A program made the translations under genes and the position numbers. This document shows, piece after piece, positions 10,123-21,562 of a stretch of DNA of 64,000 bases (the stretch's first letter is position 1; each line of letters starts with the position of its first letter). This stretch comes from an uncultured Verrucomicrobiae bacterium (GTDB lineage Bacteria; Verrucomicrobiota; Verrucomicrobiia; Chthoniobacterales; UBA10450), in NCBI GenBank assembly GCA_963801815.1, contig CAWDGJ010000002.1:704001-768000 (forward strand), in the 5' to 3' direction. Under the pieces are notes generated by a model. That model searched no databases and was not told where the DNA came from. It saw nothing but the letters and a program-made list of their open reading frames with translations.

Positions 10123-11205
10123 ATGAGCCGAATTCTCGCCTTCGTATTCTTTTTTTTCGCAGTAAACAAGGTCACGCTAGCTGCCGACTATCCACCGCCC
10201 ACCGAAGGCGACTACAAAATTCGCGATTTCAAATTCGCGTCCGGCGAAACTTTGCCCGAGCTGACTATTCATTACCGAACGCTGGGCAAGATCAACAAAG
10301 ATGCTACCGGTAAAGTCACCAACGCCGTTCTCATCATGCACGGAACCACCGGGAGCGGCGCGCAATTCATTCGACCGGAATTTGCCGGAGAACTTTTCGG
10401 GAAAGATCAACCCCTCGATACAACGAAGTTCTTTGTCGTGCTTCCGGACTGCATCGGTCACGGCAAATCGAGCAAGCCGAGCGACGGGATGCACGCGAAA
10501 TTTCCGCGTTACGGTTACGCCGACATGGTCGAGGCGCAGTATCGCTTGCTGACGGACGGCCTTGGCGTGAATCACGCGCGTTTGGTGATGGGCACATCGA
10601 TGGGCGGGATGCACACCTGGCTTTGGGGTGAAACGCATCCCGATTTCATGGATGCGCTGATGCCGCTGGCGAGTTTGCCGACGCAAATTTCGGGGCGTAA
10701 CCGCGGCTGGCGGCGAATGGTGATCGACGCGATTCGAAACGACCCCGCCTGGAACGGTGGCGAATATCCGGCAGCTGCCGGACAACCGCCGAGTCTGCGC
10801 ACCGCCGCTTACATGCTCTGGTTCATGAGCAGCAATCCGGTCCTGCGACAAAAAGAAGCGCCGACGCTCGCCAAAACGGACGAGATCCTCGGCAAATTTG
10901 TCGATCAAATCGTGAAAACCGACGACGCGAACGATGTCCTTTACGCGCTTGAAGCGTCGCACGATTACGATCCCGGTCCCAATTTGGAAAAAATTCGGGC
11001 GCCATTGTTGGCAGTTAATTCAGCTGACGATTTGATCAATCCGCCGGAATTGGGAATTCTGGAGCGCGAGATCAAACGTGTTCCGCACGGACGCGCGATC
11101 GTGATCCCATTCAGTGATCAAACGCGCGGACACGGCAGCCACACCGTCGCCGCGCTGTGGAAAGATCACTTGATCGAGCTGCTCAAGGAGTCAGAGAAAA
11201 AATGA
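10123..11205 (+). CDS. Secreted alpha/beta hydrolase (homoserine acetyltransferase-like)
   Basis: HGTTG, nucleophile elbow GTSMGG, DDLINPPE and GHGSH. Confidence 0.85.
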   Translation: MSRILAFVFFFFAVNKVTLAADYPPPTEGDYKIRDFKFASGETLPELTIHYRTLGKINKDATGKVTNAVLIMHGTTGSGAQFIRPEFAGELFGKDQPLDTTKFFVVLPDCIGHGKSSKPSDGMHAKFPRYGYADMVEAQYRLLTDGLGVNHARLVMGTSMGGMHTWLWGETHPDFMDALMPLASLPTQISGRNRGWRRMVIDAIRNDPAWNGGEYPAAAGQPPSLRTAAYMLWFMSSNPVLRQKEAPTLAKTDEILGKFVDQIVKTDDANDVLYALEASHDYDPGPNLEKIRAPLLAVNSADDLINPPELGILEREIKRVPHGRAIVIPFSDQTRGHGSHTVAALWKDHLIELLKESEKK

Positions 11206-11362
11206 ACCGCGGATTACGCGGATAGGTTTCCGGGGAGCGCACGCGCCTCGCGTGCCGGTGATCGCGCCCTCGCGATCACAAACTCTGAATAGAAACTCGA
11301 AGAGCTTTCGCTCGCACCAGAATAAGATCGACATCGAAAGGCGGCGATTTTTCAATCGCTCC

Positions 11363-13025
11363 ATGAAAAGCGCACTAATTATTTCGCTGATCGCTTCCTC
11401 CGCTTTCGCCCAGGACTACGACGTCATCATTCGAAACGGCGACGTTTACGACGGAAGCGGCGGCTCGGCGCAACATGTCGATATTGCGATCAAGGGCGAT
11501 CGAATCGCTGGCCTTGGCAATTATTCGAAGGCAAGCGCGAAAACAATCGTCAATGCCACGGGCCTCGCCGTCGCGCCGGGATTCATCAACATGCTTTCGT
11601 GGTCGACCGAGTCGTTGATTCAGGATGGGCGTTCGCAGAGCGAGCTACGTCAGGGCGTAACCACCGAAATCATGGGCGAAGGCGAATCGATGGGGCCGGT
11701 CAACGACCGGCTGCGCGCCTACATACTTAAACAGCAGTCGGACATCAAATACGACATCAAATGGAACACCCTGTCTGAATATCTGCAGTATTTGGAGAAG
11801 CGCGGAATTTCCTGCAACGTCGCATCGTTCCTGGGCGCGACCACCGTCCGGGCTTACGTCATTGGTTTTGAAGATAGGGCGCCGACACCGCAGGAGCTCG
11901 ATCAGATGCGCGAAATCGTCCGCAAGGAAATGGAAGCCGGCGCGCTTGGTATCGGCACCTCGTTGATTTATCCGCCCGCCTTTTACGCGAAGACCGACGA
12001 ACTGATCGAGATGTGCAAAGTCGCGGCGAAATACAAAGGCAAATACATCTCGCACATGCGCAGCGAAGGAAACCAGCTCCTTGAAGCGTTCGACGAACTG
12101 CTCCGGATCGCGCGTGAAGCGAACATTCCGGCTGAGGTTTATCACATCAAAGCGGCCGGCCAGAAAAATTGGCCGAAAGAAGATGAATTGCTGGCGCGAA
12201 TCGAAAAAGCGCAAAAGGATGGACTGAAGATTCGCGCGAACATGTACACCTACACCGCGGCGGGCACCGGACTCGATGCCTGTTTTCCGCCGTGGACGGA
12301 AGACGGCGGTTACGAGGCGCTCTTCAAACGTCTCCGCGATCCGGCGACTCGCGAGAAAATCAAAGCCGAAGTGCAGGTCGACACCGACAAATGGGAAAAT
12401 CTTTACCTCGCCTCCGGCTCACCGGACAAAATTCTCCTGGTCGCGTTCAAGTCAGACAAATTGAAACCGCTCACCGGCAAAACGCTTGCCGAGGTGGCCA
12501 AAATGCGCGGCAAAGATCCGATCGAGACCGCGATGGACTTGGTGGCCGAAGACGAATCACGGATCGGCACGGTTTATTTCCTGATGTCGGAAGAGAACGT
12601 GAAGAAGGAATTGCAGAAGCCGTGGATCTCGTTCGGCTCGGATGAAGCGTCACAGGCGCCGGAGCCGCCGTTCACGAAATCGAATCCGCATCCGCGCGCT
12701 TATGGAAACTTCGCGCGCGTGCTCGGCAAATATTGTCGCGACGAAAAAGTGCTCACGCTTACCGGAAGCGATCCGGCGTTTGAGCGCACAACCGGCGCAA
12801 AATCTCGAGCTCGATCATCGCGGAATGCTGAAGGAAGGAATGTTCGCCGACGTGGTGGTGTTCGATCCGAAAACAATCACCGATCACGCGACGTTCGATA
12901 AACCGCATCAGTATGCGACCGGGGTGAAACACGTTTTCGTCAACGGCGTGCAAGTGATCAAGGAAGGCGAACACACCGACGCCAAACCCGGCCGCGCCCT
13001 GTGGGGCCCAGGGAAAGTGAAGTGA
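11363..13025 (+). CDS. D-aminoacylase / amidohydrolase family protein; frameshifted near 12761
   Basis: VAPGFINM, SHMRSEG, FGSD and HPRAYGNFARV. The C-terminus RGMLKEGMFADVVVFDP..VFVNG lies in the adjacent frame. Confidence 0.88.
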
Positions 13026-13026
13026 C

Positions 13027-13365
13027 GTTAGATGAAAGAGCGTCTCTGCTTTCACAGCTTTGGCCCCAAGTACTGTCTTTCCTAGCTGTCGGCTGCGTTG
13101 TCGGTGTCGTCGTCGCACGCGAATTGTTTTCGCGCTGCTGCTTAGTCTTCCCGCGAGTATCGGTTGGCTGATGCTCGTGGCGTGGTATGAAGGCACTTTC
13201 TCTGATCAGTTCTCGCTCCAAGATCCGTCGGGGATTATTTATTGGGTTGGGCATTCCGTATCTGCTGTTTTGTTTTCTCCCGACAGCCGTCGCAGCTCTG
13301 CTCATCGCGATCATTTGGCGAGTCCGTTCGAAAAGAAGCACGGCACACTAAGATCGACATCTAGC
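13027..13365 (+). pseudogene. Frameshifted small membrane-protein gene, possibly a solitary integron cassette
   Basis: Hydrophobic segments are spread over three frames and end with TAA near 13350; the segment is bounded by GTTAGATG and CATCTAGC. Confidence 0.4.
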
Positions 13366-13464
13366 CGCATCGGTTGTAGCGGTTTGCGGCTGCTGATTTT
13401 CAGAATAGACACGCAACGGGTCGACGTTCAGCGTAGTCTAATATAGAGGCAGATACCTTTTGAA

Positions 13465-13869
13465 ATGGACCCTATCGACAGCATCAAGTTGCGCTGGCTC
13501 CACGGCGCGTTGCACGACGTCACTTACGAGCTGGCGCGGTCGCAGTTTCAGTTCGCACCCCATACCTGGGAGCCGGCGATCAATGCCTATCGCTGCGAGA
13601 AGTGCATCCGGATTTGTGTCGATCTGGCCGGGGTCGAGCGGTCGCAGATTGATCTGATTGTCGAGCCGCAGCGAGTGCTTATCCGGGGCGCCCGAGAATT
13701 GCCCGAGCCTTCGCACGACGAAGGTCGCGCCGTTCGATTGCTGGCCATGGAAATCGATTACGGGCCGTTCGAACGCGAGATCACCCTGCCGGATGAAGTG
13801 GAGATCAACGAGGCGGACGCCGAGCAACGCAACGGACTGCTCTGGATTTCGCTTCCGATTAAACAATGA
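13465..13869 (+). CDS. Hsp20/alpha-crystallin family protein
   Basis: WEPAIN, VDLAGV, EIDYGPFEREITLP and NGLLWISLP. Confidence 0.9.
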   Translation: MDPIDSIKLRWLHGALHDVTYELARSQFQFAPHTWEPAINAYRCEKCIRICVDLAGVERSQIDLIVEPQRVLIRGARELPEPSHDEGRAVRLLAMEIDYGPFEREITLPDEVEINEADAEQRNGLLWISLPIKQ

Positions 13870-16346
13870 CAAACGAACAAGATTTTTCCCTGCAGCCTGC
13901 AGAACTAGAAATGAAATCCGGCGCGGACCCGACAACGGCGATTGCTGCCGACATGTCCGACAACAGCAAAATCCCAAAGATTCCAGAGGAATTGTCGATC
14001 CTGCCAGTGCGCGGATTCGTCGTTTTTCCAGGAACAATTGTGCCGTTAAACGTCCGCCGTCCGGCGTCGATCGCGTTGCTGGATGAAACGTTGCCGCGTA
14101 CGAAAGTAATCGGGTTGCTAACGCAACGCGACGAGGCAAAAGAAGATCCGGAACCGCAGGACCTTTATCACGTCGGCACGGCTGCGCTGGTGTTGAAGAT
14201 GATTCGTCAGGCCGACGATCATGTGGTCATCATCGCCCGCGGTCTGCAGCGATTCACTTTGCGCAAGATCGCGGCGACTTCGCCATTCATTCGCGCGGAA
14301 ATCGATTTAATGAAATCGATTGCGCCGACGCCGAGCAAGGAATGGGAAGCGACTTTCCGAAACCTGCGCGATTCGGCCGCGCGTTTGTTCGAACTGAGTC
14401 CAGAAACGCCGGAGCAAGCGCGTCTGATGGTGTTGAACATTACGGATCCAGAACAGCTCGCCGATTTTCTGGCGCCAAACCTGAACGTCGATGTCGCGCA
14501 AAAGCAGGCGATCCTCGAGGAACCGGACATAGCGAAGCGCGTCGAGGTTGTACAAAAGCACATTTCCGCGCAGCTCGAGATCGCGCAGATCCAGGAGAAA
14601 TTGCAAAAGGATGTCGCATCGCAATTTTCCGACGCGCAACGACGCGCTTATTTGCGATCGCAAATCAAAGCGATCCAGCATGAGCTCGGCGAAGATGAAA
14701 CCGGAAGCGAAGAGCAGGTCTCGCAGTTGCGCGAGCGACTGAAGAAAGCTGAACCGCCGCCAGAAGTGCTGGCCCAGGCGGAACGCGAACTGAAGCGGCT
14801 CGATTTTATTCCACCCGCCAGTCCGGAGTACTCAGTCATCGTCAGTTACATCGAGATTATCGCCGATCTTCCGTGGAACAAATTGAGTGAGGACCACATC
14901 GATCTTGATCAAGCGCAACAAATTCTCGACCGCGACCATTACGATCTCGAAAAAGTGAAGCGGCGGTTGATCGAATATCTCGCAGTTAGAAAGCTTAACC
15001 CGAACGGACACGGACCGATCTTGTGTTTTCTCGGCCCGCCTGGGGTCGGCAAGACCAGTCTCGGCCAATCGATTGCCGACGCGCTCGGCCGAAAATTTGT
15101 CCGGATTAGTCTCGGCGGGATGCGCGATGAGGCGGAAATCCGCGGACACCGGCGCACCTACATCGGTTCGATGCCAGGGCGGATCATCCAGGAATTGCGA
15201 CGCGCCGGGACACGTAATCCGGTTTTCATGTTGGACGAACTCGACAAGATTGGTGCCGATTTCCGTGGCGACCCGGCCAGTGCGATGCTCGAAGTGCTCG
15301 ATCCGCGCCAGAACAACGCGTTTGTCGATCGCTATCTCGATGTGCCGTTCGATTTGTCGCAGGTCATTTTTATCGGCACGGCCAATTACATCGACGGCGT
15401 TCCCGAACCATTACGCGACCGGATCGAGGTGATTTCGCTGCCCGGTTACACCGAGCGCGAAAAATTGGAGATCGCGAAACGATATTTGATTCGTCGACAG
15501 CTCGAGGAGAACGGACTCAAGGCCGATCAATGTGAATTCCAGGAGGATGCGATTCGCCGTATCATCAATGATTACACGCACGAGGCTGGCGTTCGCGAAC
15601 TCGAGCGGCAGATTGGCGCGATTTGTCGGTCGGTAGCGGCGAAGTGTGCCCGTGGGGAATGCCAACGAGTCGAGGTTACCCCCGAATTTGTCGGACAGAC
15701 GCTCGGGCCGGCGCGTTATGTGCGCGAGAGCAAATTGAAAACGAGTCAGCCCGGCGTGGTGACTGGCCTCGCCTACACGCCTTACGGTGGAGAAGTGTTG
15801 CACATCGAGGCGACGCGTTATTCCGGGAAGGGTAACGTCACGTTAACCGGCCAAATTGGAAACGTGATGAAAGAATCCGTGCAAGCGGCGCTCAGTTTGG
15901 TTCGAAGTCGCGACGGCCAAATCGGGGTCAAGCCGGAAGATTTTAGGGACATGGACATTCACGTGCATGTTCCGGCCGGCGCGGTGCCGAAGGATGGCCC
16001 GTCCGCGGGCATCGCGATGTTCACAGCACTAGCGTCGCTGTTCGCCAACAAACCGGTGCGGCCAGATGTCGCGATGACCGGTGAAATCACACTGCGCGGC
16101 CTGGTTTTACCGATCGGCGGATTAAAGGAAAAAAGTTTGGCCGCGATGCGCGCCGGAATTTCGACGGTAATCATTCCGAAGTTGAACGAAAAAGATCTGG
16201 TCGACGTTCCGGAGGAAGCGAAACAGAAACTAAAATTTGTGCTGGTCGAAAATGTTGATGAAGTCCTCGCCGTCGCCTTGGAAAAGAACGGCGGGACGGA
16301 AACGGCGCATCCGGTCGTAGCGACAGACGGCGAAGGAAAAGATTAG
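13866..16346 (+). CDS. lon: ATP-dependent Lon protease
   Basis: GPPGVGKTS, RGHRRTYIG, PKDGPSAG and IGGLKEK. Confidence 0.97.
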   Translation: MTNEQDFSLQPAELEMKSGADPTTAIAADMSDNSKIPKIPEELSILPVRGFVVFPGTIVPLNVRRPASIALLDETLPRTKVIGLLTQRDEAKEDPEPQDLYHVGTAALVLKMIRQADDHVVIIARGLQRFTLRKIAATSPFIRAEIDLMKSIAPTPSKEWEATFRNLRDSAARLFELSPETPEQARLMVLNITDPEQLADFLAPNLNVDVAQKQAILEEPDIAKRVEVVQKHISAQLEIAQIQEKLQKDVASQFSDAQRRAYLRSQIKAIQHELGEDETGSEEQVSQLRERLKKAEPPPEVLAQAERELKRLDFIPPASPEYSVIVSYIEIIADLPWNKLSEDHIDLDQAQQILDRDHYDLEKVKRRLIEYLAVRKLNPNGHGPILCFLGPPGVGKTSLGQSIADALGRKFVRISLGGMRDEAEIRGHRRTYIGSMPGRIIQELRRAGTRNPVFMLDELDKIGADFRGDPASAMLEVLDPRQNNAFVDRYLDVPFDLSQVIFIGTANYIDGVPEPLRDRIEVISLPGYTEREKLEIAKRYLIRRQLEENGLKADQCEFQEDAIRRIINDYTHEAGVRELERQIGAICRSVAAKCARGECQRVEVTPEFVGQTLGPARYVRESKLKTSQPGVVTGLAYTPYGGEVLHIEATRYSGKGNVTLTGQIGNVMKESVQAALSLVRSRDGQIGVKPEDFRDMDIHVHVPAGAVPKDGPSAGIAMFTALASLFANKPVRPDVAMTGEITLRGLVLPIGGLKEKSLAAMRAGISTVIIPKLNEKDLVDVPEEAKQKLKFVLVENVDEVLAVALEKNGGTETAHPVVATDGEGKD

Positions 16347-16963
16347 TGCGAGACGTCCGATCCGGTGTCGGCGCGCTGCTCGATTTGTTGCAAGCTCGGA
16401 CCTGAGGTGCGGATCCAGTCACGCGTCGCGCTGATATCACCCTGGTTCACCGGTTCGGCCCGCGCCACGATGTCCTCGCCCACTTTCACCGGCGCAGCCT
16501 TAGGGGCTTTCCAGTGACGTCCGAATTTGTGGAGCGCATAATACATCGTGCCGGCCTCGACCGCGCCCACTCCGCTGCAACGCGTGGCGTTGTAAAACAT
16601 TCGATCGCACTCCTGCCACGGCTTGGTGTGTTGATCATACGAGACATCGTGCAGCACGGACGCGTTGCGATATCTCCCTTCGAACGGCCCGCCCATCAGC
16701 GACCAAAGCGATCGCGGAATGGAGGCGCCGTCGACGACGGAACCCGCCGGGGCAATCCAAACCACGCCATTCGGATCGGTGTAACGCAGCTCGCTCAACA
16801 ACGTCATGGTGCGTCCGTCATTTTCCCAGCGCGCTTCCACGTAACCGCTGTAATGCCCCCACTTGTTCGACGCCTTCGAGGCACCGCGGACCCAGGCGGG
16901 CGTTTTGTCACCGGCGCAACCGATTAAAAAAGCGGTGGCAATTATGAATGAAAAGGCCCTCAT
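16343..16963 (-). CDS. DUF1353-like lipoprotein
   Basis: Lipobox LIGC; DGASIPR and ASVLHD. Confidence 0.75.
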   Translation of the reverse strand: MRAFSFIIATAFLIGCAGDKTPAWVRGASKASNKWGHYSGYVEARWENDGRTMTLLSELRYTDPNGVVWIAPAGSVVDGASIPRSLWSLMGGPFEGRYRNASVLHDVSYDQHTKPWQECDRMFYNATRCSGVGAVEAGTMYYALHKFGRHWKAPKAAPVKVGEDIVARAEPVNQGDISATRDWIRTSGPSLQQIEQRADTGSDVSH

Positions 16964-17146
16964 GTTTCCCTGAAAACGTCCAACTTTTAACGTTCGACGC
17001 GCAACGTCAAATTCGATTCAAATCCGTCACACAAATGTTTGCCAAATTCAGTCGCGTCGAAATCGTAATGACGCTGTCCGGCGGTGCGGAGGGCGCGTTG
17101 AGTTCCTTTAACTCTTCAACCGTTCAACGATTCAACGAGACGAAGC

Positions 17147-17608
17147 CTAACTCGTCCAAGACCTGAAGCGTTTTCGAATCGGCTTTGTGTAGCGGTCGAG
17201 GTCGATGTTTTTCACGCCTTCGCTCACCGCATCGGCGGATTCCTCGAATTTCTCCTTCATCGAGCGAAACGCCGGCCAGAGAAACGGCAGAGAGAGAATG
17301 CTCCAATTGATTCGATCGAGCGGTGCTTTCGAATCCTCGTCATTTGCGCGCGACGCGTATCGGATAGCCAGACCAATGGCAAGGCCGGCGGCGAGCGCGC
17401 CAACGATCATCGGAACAGGATTCTCGCGCAGAAATAATTCAGTGCGTTCGCGGGCCGAAGTCGATCTGCTTCGTATTTGTTCTCGACGCCGGGGGCGTGG
17501 TTCTAAAACGCTGGAGATCTGGCGGCGCCGGCGTGGGCGTGGCCGGCCGTTTTGCTCCGCTGAAGCCAGTGGATCATCATTTACAAAGTCTTCTTCCATC
17601 GGGTGCAT
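17147..17608 (-). CDS. Hypothetical membrane-anchored protein (ENPVP-TM motif)
   Basis: LRENPVPMIVGALAAGLAIGLAIR. Confidence 0.6.
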   Translation of the reverse strand: MHPMEEDFVNDDPLASAEQNGRPRPRRRRQISSVLEPRPRRREQIRSRSTSARERTELFLRENPVPMIVGALAAGLAIGLAIRYASRANDEDSKAPLDRINWSILSLPFLWPAFRSMKEKFEESADAVSEGVKNIDLDRYTKPIRKRFRSWTS

Positions 17609-17658
17609 CCTCCACTAATTCGCAAGTCCCGCGCCTCGTGCGCCGGTAAATGAACTTA

Positions 17659-18192
17659 TCATGTCTCCGAATGTTTTCCCGAGGAAACATTTAGTCGCTC
17701 GTAGGCGGCTACGATCTCCTCCGTTGCCAGGACGAAGATCACTTCGTCGAGCGTGCTATTTTCTTTCAGAAAATCGCGCACGGTTCGGGTGGCAATCGCA
17801 GCCGCTTCGGTAATCGGATAGCCATAAGCGCCACAACTGATGGCCGGGAATGCGACAGTCCTGATTTTGTTCTCGGTCGCGAGACGCAGCGAATTGCGAT
17901 AACAATCCGCTAAGATTTCTGGTTCGCCGCGATGTCCGCCAGCCCAAATTGGGCCTACCGTATGAATGACAAACCGCGCCGGTAAATTGTGACCGCGAGT
18001 CATTTTCGCTTCGCCCGGCCGGCAACCGCCCAAAGTGCGGCATTGTTTCAGTAATTCAGGTCCAGCCGCGCGATGAATCGCGCCATCCACTCCGCCGCCC
18101 CCGAGCAACGTCGTGTTGGCAGCGTTCACGATTGCGTCGACATCGAGCTTGGTGATGTCGTCCTGGATAATGTCGATTCTTGCGTTTGCCAT
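17659..18192 (-). CDS. Macro-domain O-acetyl-ADP-ribose deacetylase (YmdB-like)
   Basis: [28 protein letters not shown] and [13 protein letters not shown]. Confidence 0.92.
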   Translation of the reverse strand: MANARIDIIQDDITKLDVDAIVNAANTTLLGGGGVDGAIHRAAGPELLKQCRTLGGCRPGEAKMTRGHNLPARFVIHTVGPIWAGGHRGEPEILADCYRNSLRLATENKIRTVAFPAISCGAYGYPITEAAAIATRTVRDFLKENSTLDEVIFVLATEEIVAAYERLNVSSGKHSET

Positions 18193-18842
18193 TACGGCGC
18201 GAGCCGATCAATCGACCATCCACCGCTTTTCTGACGGGTGTAACGGAACCGATCATGCAAGCGATCGATACGTCCCTGCCAGAATTCCATGCGGTCGGGT
18301 TTGAGGCAATATCCACCCCAATGCGGCGGCAGCGGAATCGAGCCCTTAGCGAAGCGTTGCTTCATCTCTTGCAAGCGAGCGTTCAGAACTCGACGCGCGT
18401 CAATCACTTCGCTTTGGTGCGATGCCCAGGCTCCTAATTGGGCGCCGGCCGGTCGACTGTGAAAATATTCCTCGGATTCTTTGCGAGAAGTTTTTTTGAC
18501 CCTTCCCTCGATCCGAATCTGCCGCTCAACTTCCATCCAGTACATCACGAGCGCAGCATTCGGGTTTTTGTCTAACTGGCGGCCTTTCTCGCTCTCGTAA
18601 TTGGTGAAGAAAACGAAGCCGCGCTCATCGAAATGTTTAAGAAGAACGATGCGCGCGAAGGGTTTGTCACCGGCGCACGTCGCCAAAGTCATCGAATTCG
18701 CGTCGTGAATGCCGGCCGTGATCGCGGCGGAAAACCAACGATGAAATTGGTCGATCGGATCAAGCGCGAGATCGGCGCGGCGTAAACCTTCGCCAATGTA
18801 TTCGTGACGGAAGCCGGCGTAATCGAGCGGTGTCTGATCCAT
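18192..18842 (-). CDS. pdxH: Pyridoxamine 5'-phosphate oxidase
   Basis: [16 protein letters not shown] and [13 protein letters not shown]. Confidence 0.95.
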   Translation of the reverse strand: MDQTPLDYAGFRHEYIGEGLRRADLALDPIDQFHRWFSAAITAGIHDANSMTLATCAGDKPFARIVLLKHFDERGFVFFTNYESEKGRQLDKNPNAALVMYWMEVERQIRIEGRVKKTSRKESEEYFHSRPAGAQLGAWASHQSEVIDARRVLNARLQEMKQRFAKGSIPLPPHWGGYCLKPDRMEFWQGRIDRLHDRFRYTRQKSGGWSIDRLAP

Positions 18843-18909
18843 TCGTAAGCGTTCATGCCTACGATATTCTCAGCGCGGAAGATGTCGACCCCGTTTGACT
18901 TCGCTTCAG

Positions 18910-19764
18910 TCAGGCCGCCGCCGCGGCTGCGCTATCGCCTCGAGAAAGTTCCCAGCCGACAATCGCGCGTTTGCGGATCGGGTCCCAATGATAATGCCCG
19001 AGCGCGCCAGTCTCGCGAATGACACGATGACACGGAATGATGAATGCGATCGGGTTTGCGGCGACTGCGCTGCCCACCGCTCGCGCGGCTTGCGATTGAC
19101 CGATCGCTTCCGCCAATCGCCCATAAGTTGTCAGGGAACCGGCCCGGACCTGCAACAAGGCGCGCCAGACGCGCACCTGAAATTCCGTCCCGCGAACAAG
19201 AGCGCGAAGAGGGCGATTCACTGTCGCGAGGTCGGCACGGTCAAAAATTCTAGCGGCAACTTCAGCAATTCTCGCGTCGTTGCGTTGCAACTTCGCGTTC
19301 GGCCATTGTGACACGAGGAGATCTCGCGCGCAGTCGCGCCCGTGTTCATCGACAAAACTGAGATGACAGATTCCCCGTTTGGTCTCGGCAATGACCGCTT
19401 CGCCGAACGGCGTGTCAGCGAAGCCGAAATCGATTTCGAGCCCGGCTCCGCCGCTTTTCATTTCACCCGGAGAGGCCGCCTCAAGCGTGACACATAGATC
19501 GTGCAATCGGCCAGGTCCGGACAAGCCGGCGTTAATCGCGGCGTCGAAAACATTGTCGCCTTCGCGCAGGAGTTGTCTCACGTGTTCAAGGGTAAGGCAC
19601 TGCAAAAAATCCTTCGGGGTAACGCCCGCCCAGTTCGAGAAAAGCCGGTGAAAATGAAATGGACTCAATCCTGCCGCATCGGCGAGTGCAGCAAGGTCCG
19701 GTTGCTCAGTATGATGTCGATCCAGAAAACGGATCACCCTGGCGACGCGCTCGTAATCGTTCAT
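18910..19764 (-). CDS. AraC-HTH plus methylated-DNA-protein-cysteine methyltransferase (Ada-like)
   Basis: LSPFHFHRLF, GTEFQVRVW, ARAVG and IPCHRVI. Confidence 0.9.
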   Translation of the reverse strand: MNDYERVARVIRFLDRHHTEQPDLAALADAAGLSPFHFHRLFSNWAGVTPKDFLQCLTLEHVRQLLREGDNVFDAAINAGLSGPGRLHDLCVTLEAASPGEMKSGGAGLEIDFGFADTPFGEAVIAETKRGICHLSFVDEHGRDCARDLLVSQWPNAKLQRNDARIAEVAARIFDRADLATVNRPLRALVRGTEFQVRVWRALLQVRAGSLTTYGRLAEAIGQSQAARAVGSAVAANPIAFIIPCHRVIRETGALGHYHWDPIRKRAIVGWELSRGDSAAAAAA

Positions 19765-19850
19765 ATCAGCAGTTTGTCATCAGCCTGAAGGCGAAGCCAC
19801 CCGCTTCTTGCTACGATTTTACAAACGTTTGGCCGAACCGCGAGTGTGGT

Positions 19851-21434
19851 TTAACTGGCTTGCACTACGCGACTGAGCGCGCGGGTCAGGGCTTCAGTGG
19901 CTTCGTTGTCATCCTGGTAGCCCCAGACGACAATCTCGAGGATTTGCGCGCCGATCTCGCGCCGGCCGCGCAACGCCGCGCGCAAGCGCCCACGGAACGA
20001 CCAGTCTTCCTCTATGGCTGCGGCGACGCTGTCGTAAGAAGAACGCGCGTCCCAGTAACAGTAAAAAACATGCAGGGGCCCGCTATTGTCCGTGAATCGA
20101 TAGGAGCGGACTGGCAAACTGACTCCGTTCACCTTGAGCATTCGCAAACCGTTATCCCGTTCCATCGTGCGACCGCTCGCCGGGAGACAGATGTCGGGAC
20201 GATGCACTTTGGTAAAGCGGGCCGCGGTCCGTCCCGGAAACCATTTAAAGAAAAACATGAGCCAGTGATGGCCGTCAGCACCTTCCCAACTTGCGCCGCC
20301 GCCTTCGTTATATTGGAGTAACGATTCTGCTTCCGGAGTAATCGGAACGGACTTGTAGTTACTCTCCGAATCCGGCCAGTGCACCGCCCAATGCGAAGCG
20401 ACCACCGGCTGGTGCGAATGATACCAAAACTGGACCGCGACTTCGGCGAAGACCAGCCAACAAGTCAAGAGCGCGATTGGCGCCCAATTGAAACGAGCGG
20501 TAGACAATTCATTTTGAATAACGCGGGAGATTGGCGCTTCAGTTCCGCGACGCAGCATCCCGAGGCTTACCACCCAAAGGCCAAACAAGCAGACGAGCAA
20601 GATGGAGAAGCCTGCGGGATCGTGCCACGCTTCAATTCCACTCGCGCCGCGGTTGGTCCCGACCCAAACGAGAATGGCGGTGCGGACAACATTGCAGATG
20701 AAGGCGAGAACGGCGCCGATGATGACAAGAAGAATCCGGCGCGCCACGCTAAAGGAATAAAGTTCGCCAAGAAAAAGCGAAATCATGAGAGTGGCCTGAA
20801 GCGAACGAACACCACTGCAGGCCTCTTCAATTCCAATGAAACCCGAACCAACTTCGATGACGTTGCCGTGGCGCAAAGCCGGCACCCCGGCGAGTTGCAG
20901 AAATATTACATTCAACGCGGTAACTGCCCGCATCAGATCTTGAATGACAATCTGCTCGATTCGGACCGGCCACGGAACCGCGACAAGAAAGAACAAGAAT
21001 GGAAAGGCGAAATGTCGCAGCCGGCCACCACCGCCGGTGAGATAAACAAACGAAAGGGAAATAGTAACGACGACCAGTGCGAGCAACCAGCTCAACAACC
21101 GCCAGTCGGGATTTGCTTCAGCGACAAATCGAATCGGCAAAAACAGCACCGCGCTAACAACGATGAGTAAAATCGACAATGTACGAGCTGTTGGTGCCGT
21201 GCCCGTTGGAGCGGGCCGAGTTTGCCAACGCTTCCAAAGCAGATAGGCCAGCAGGATTGGAACGATGATACCGTAATTGTATTGGGCATTCAGCCACCAC
21301 TCGCCTCTCAGTTGATTGATCAGCTCAAACCAGAGCAATCCAAAGCCGACCGCCCCGATGAACCAGCCTTTGGGTAAGGCGCGTTTCGCAGGGACAACCG
21401 CAGCCGGCCCAATCTTCTCGTCCATGTGCGGCAT
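19851..21434 (-). CDS. Exosortase family protein with C-terminal EpsI-like domain
   Basis: Multi-TM protein with EEACSGVRSL (Cys), NVVR (Arg) and WHD (His); C-terminal HRPDICLPASG. Confidence 0.88.
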   Translation of the reverse strand: MPHMDEKIGPAAVVPAKRALPKGWFIGAVGFGLLWFELINQLRGEWWLNAQYNYGIIVPILLAYLLWKRWQTRPAPTGTAPTARTLSILLIVVSAVLFLPIRFVAEANPDWRLLSWLLALVVVTISLSFVYLTGGGGRLRHFAFPFLFFLVAVPWPVRIEQIVIQDLMRAVTALNVIFLQLAGVPALRHGNVIEVGSGFIGIEEACSGVRSLQATLMISLFLGELYSFSVARRILLVIIGAVLAFICNVVRTAILVWVGTNRGASGIEAWHDPAGFSILLVCLFGLWVVSLGMLRRGTEAPISRVIQNELSTARFNWAPIALLTCWLVFAEVAVQFWYHSHQPVVASHWAVHWPDSESNYKSVPITPEAESLLQYNEGGGASWEGADGHHWLMFFFKWFPGRTAARFTKVHRPDICLPASGRTMERDNGLRMLKVNGVSLPVRSYRFTDNSGPLHVFYCYWDARSSYDSVAAAIEEDWSFRGRLRAALRGRREIGAQILEIVVWGYQDDNEATEALTRALSRVVQAS

Positions 21435-21562
21435 AAGGGTAGCCGAGGCCGAGCAACTTGCGAGCCCCCAGGGAGAAACCGGGGAGCCGAACCGGCATCG
21501 GCCACGAGATCTGTATCCCGTGATAACAGCAACTATCGGCCGCAATGGTCAGTCAGTAACGA

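Noticed and set aside
12755..12770. Programmed ribosomal frameshifting in the aminoacylase, lysA or gdhA
   Set aside because: There are no slippery heptamers at the breaks, these families are not known to recode, and indels are widespread in this window.
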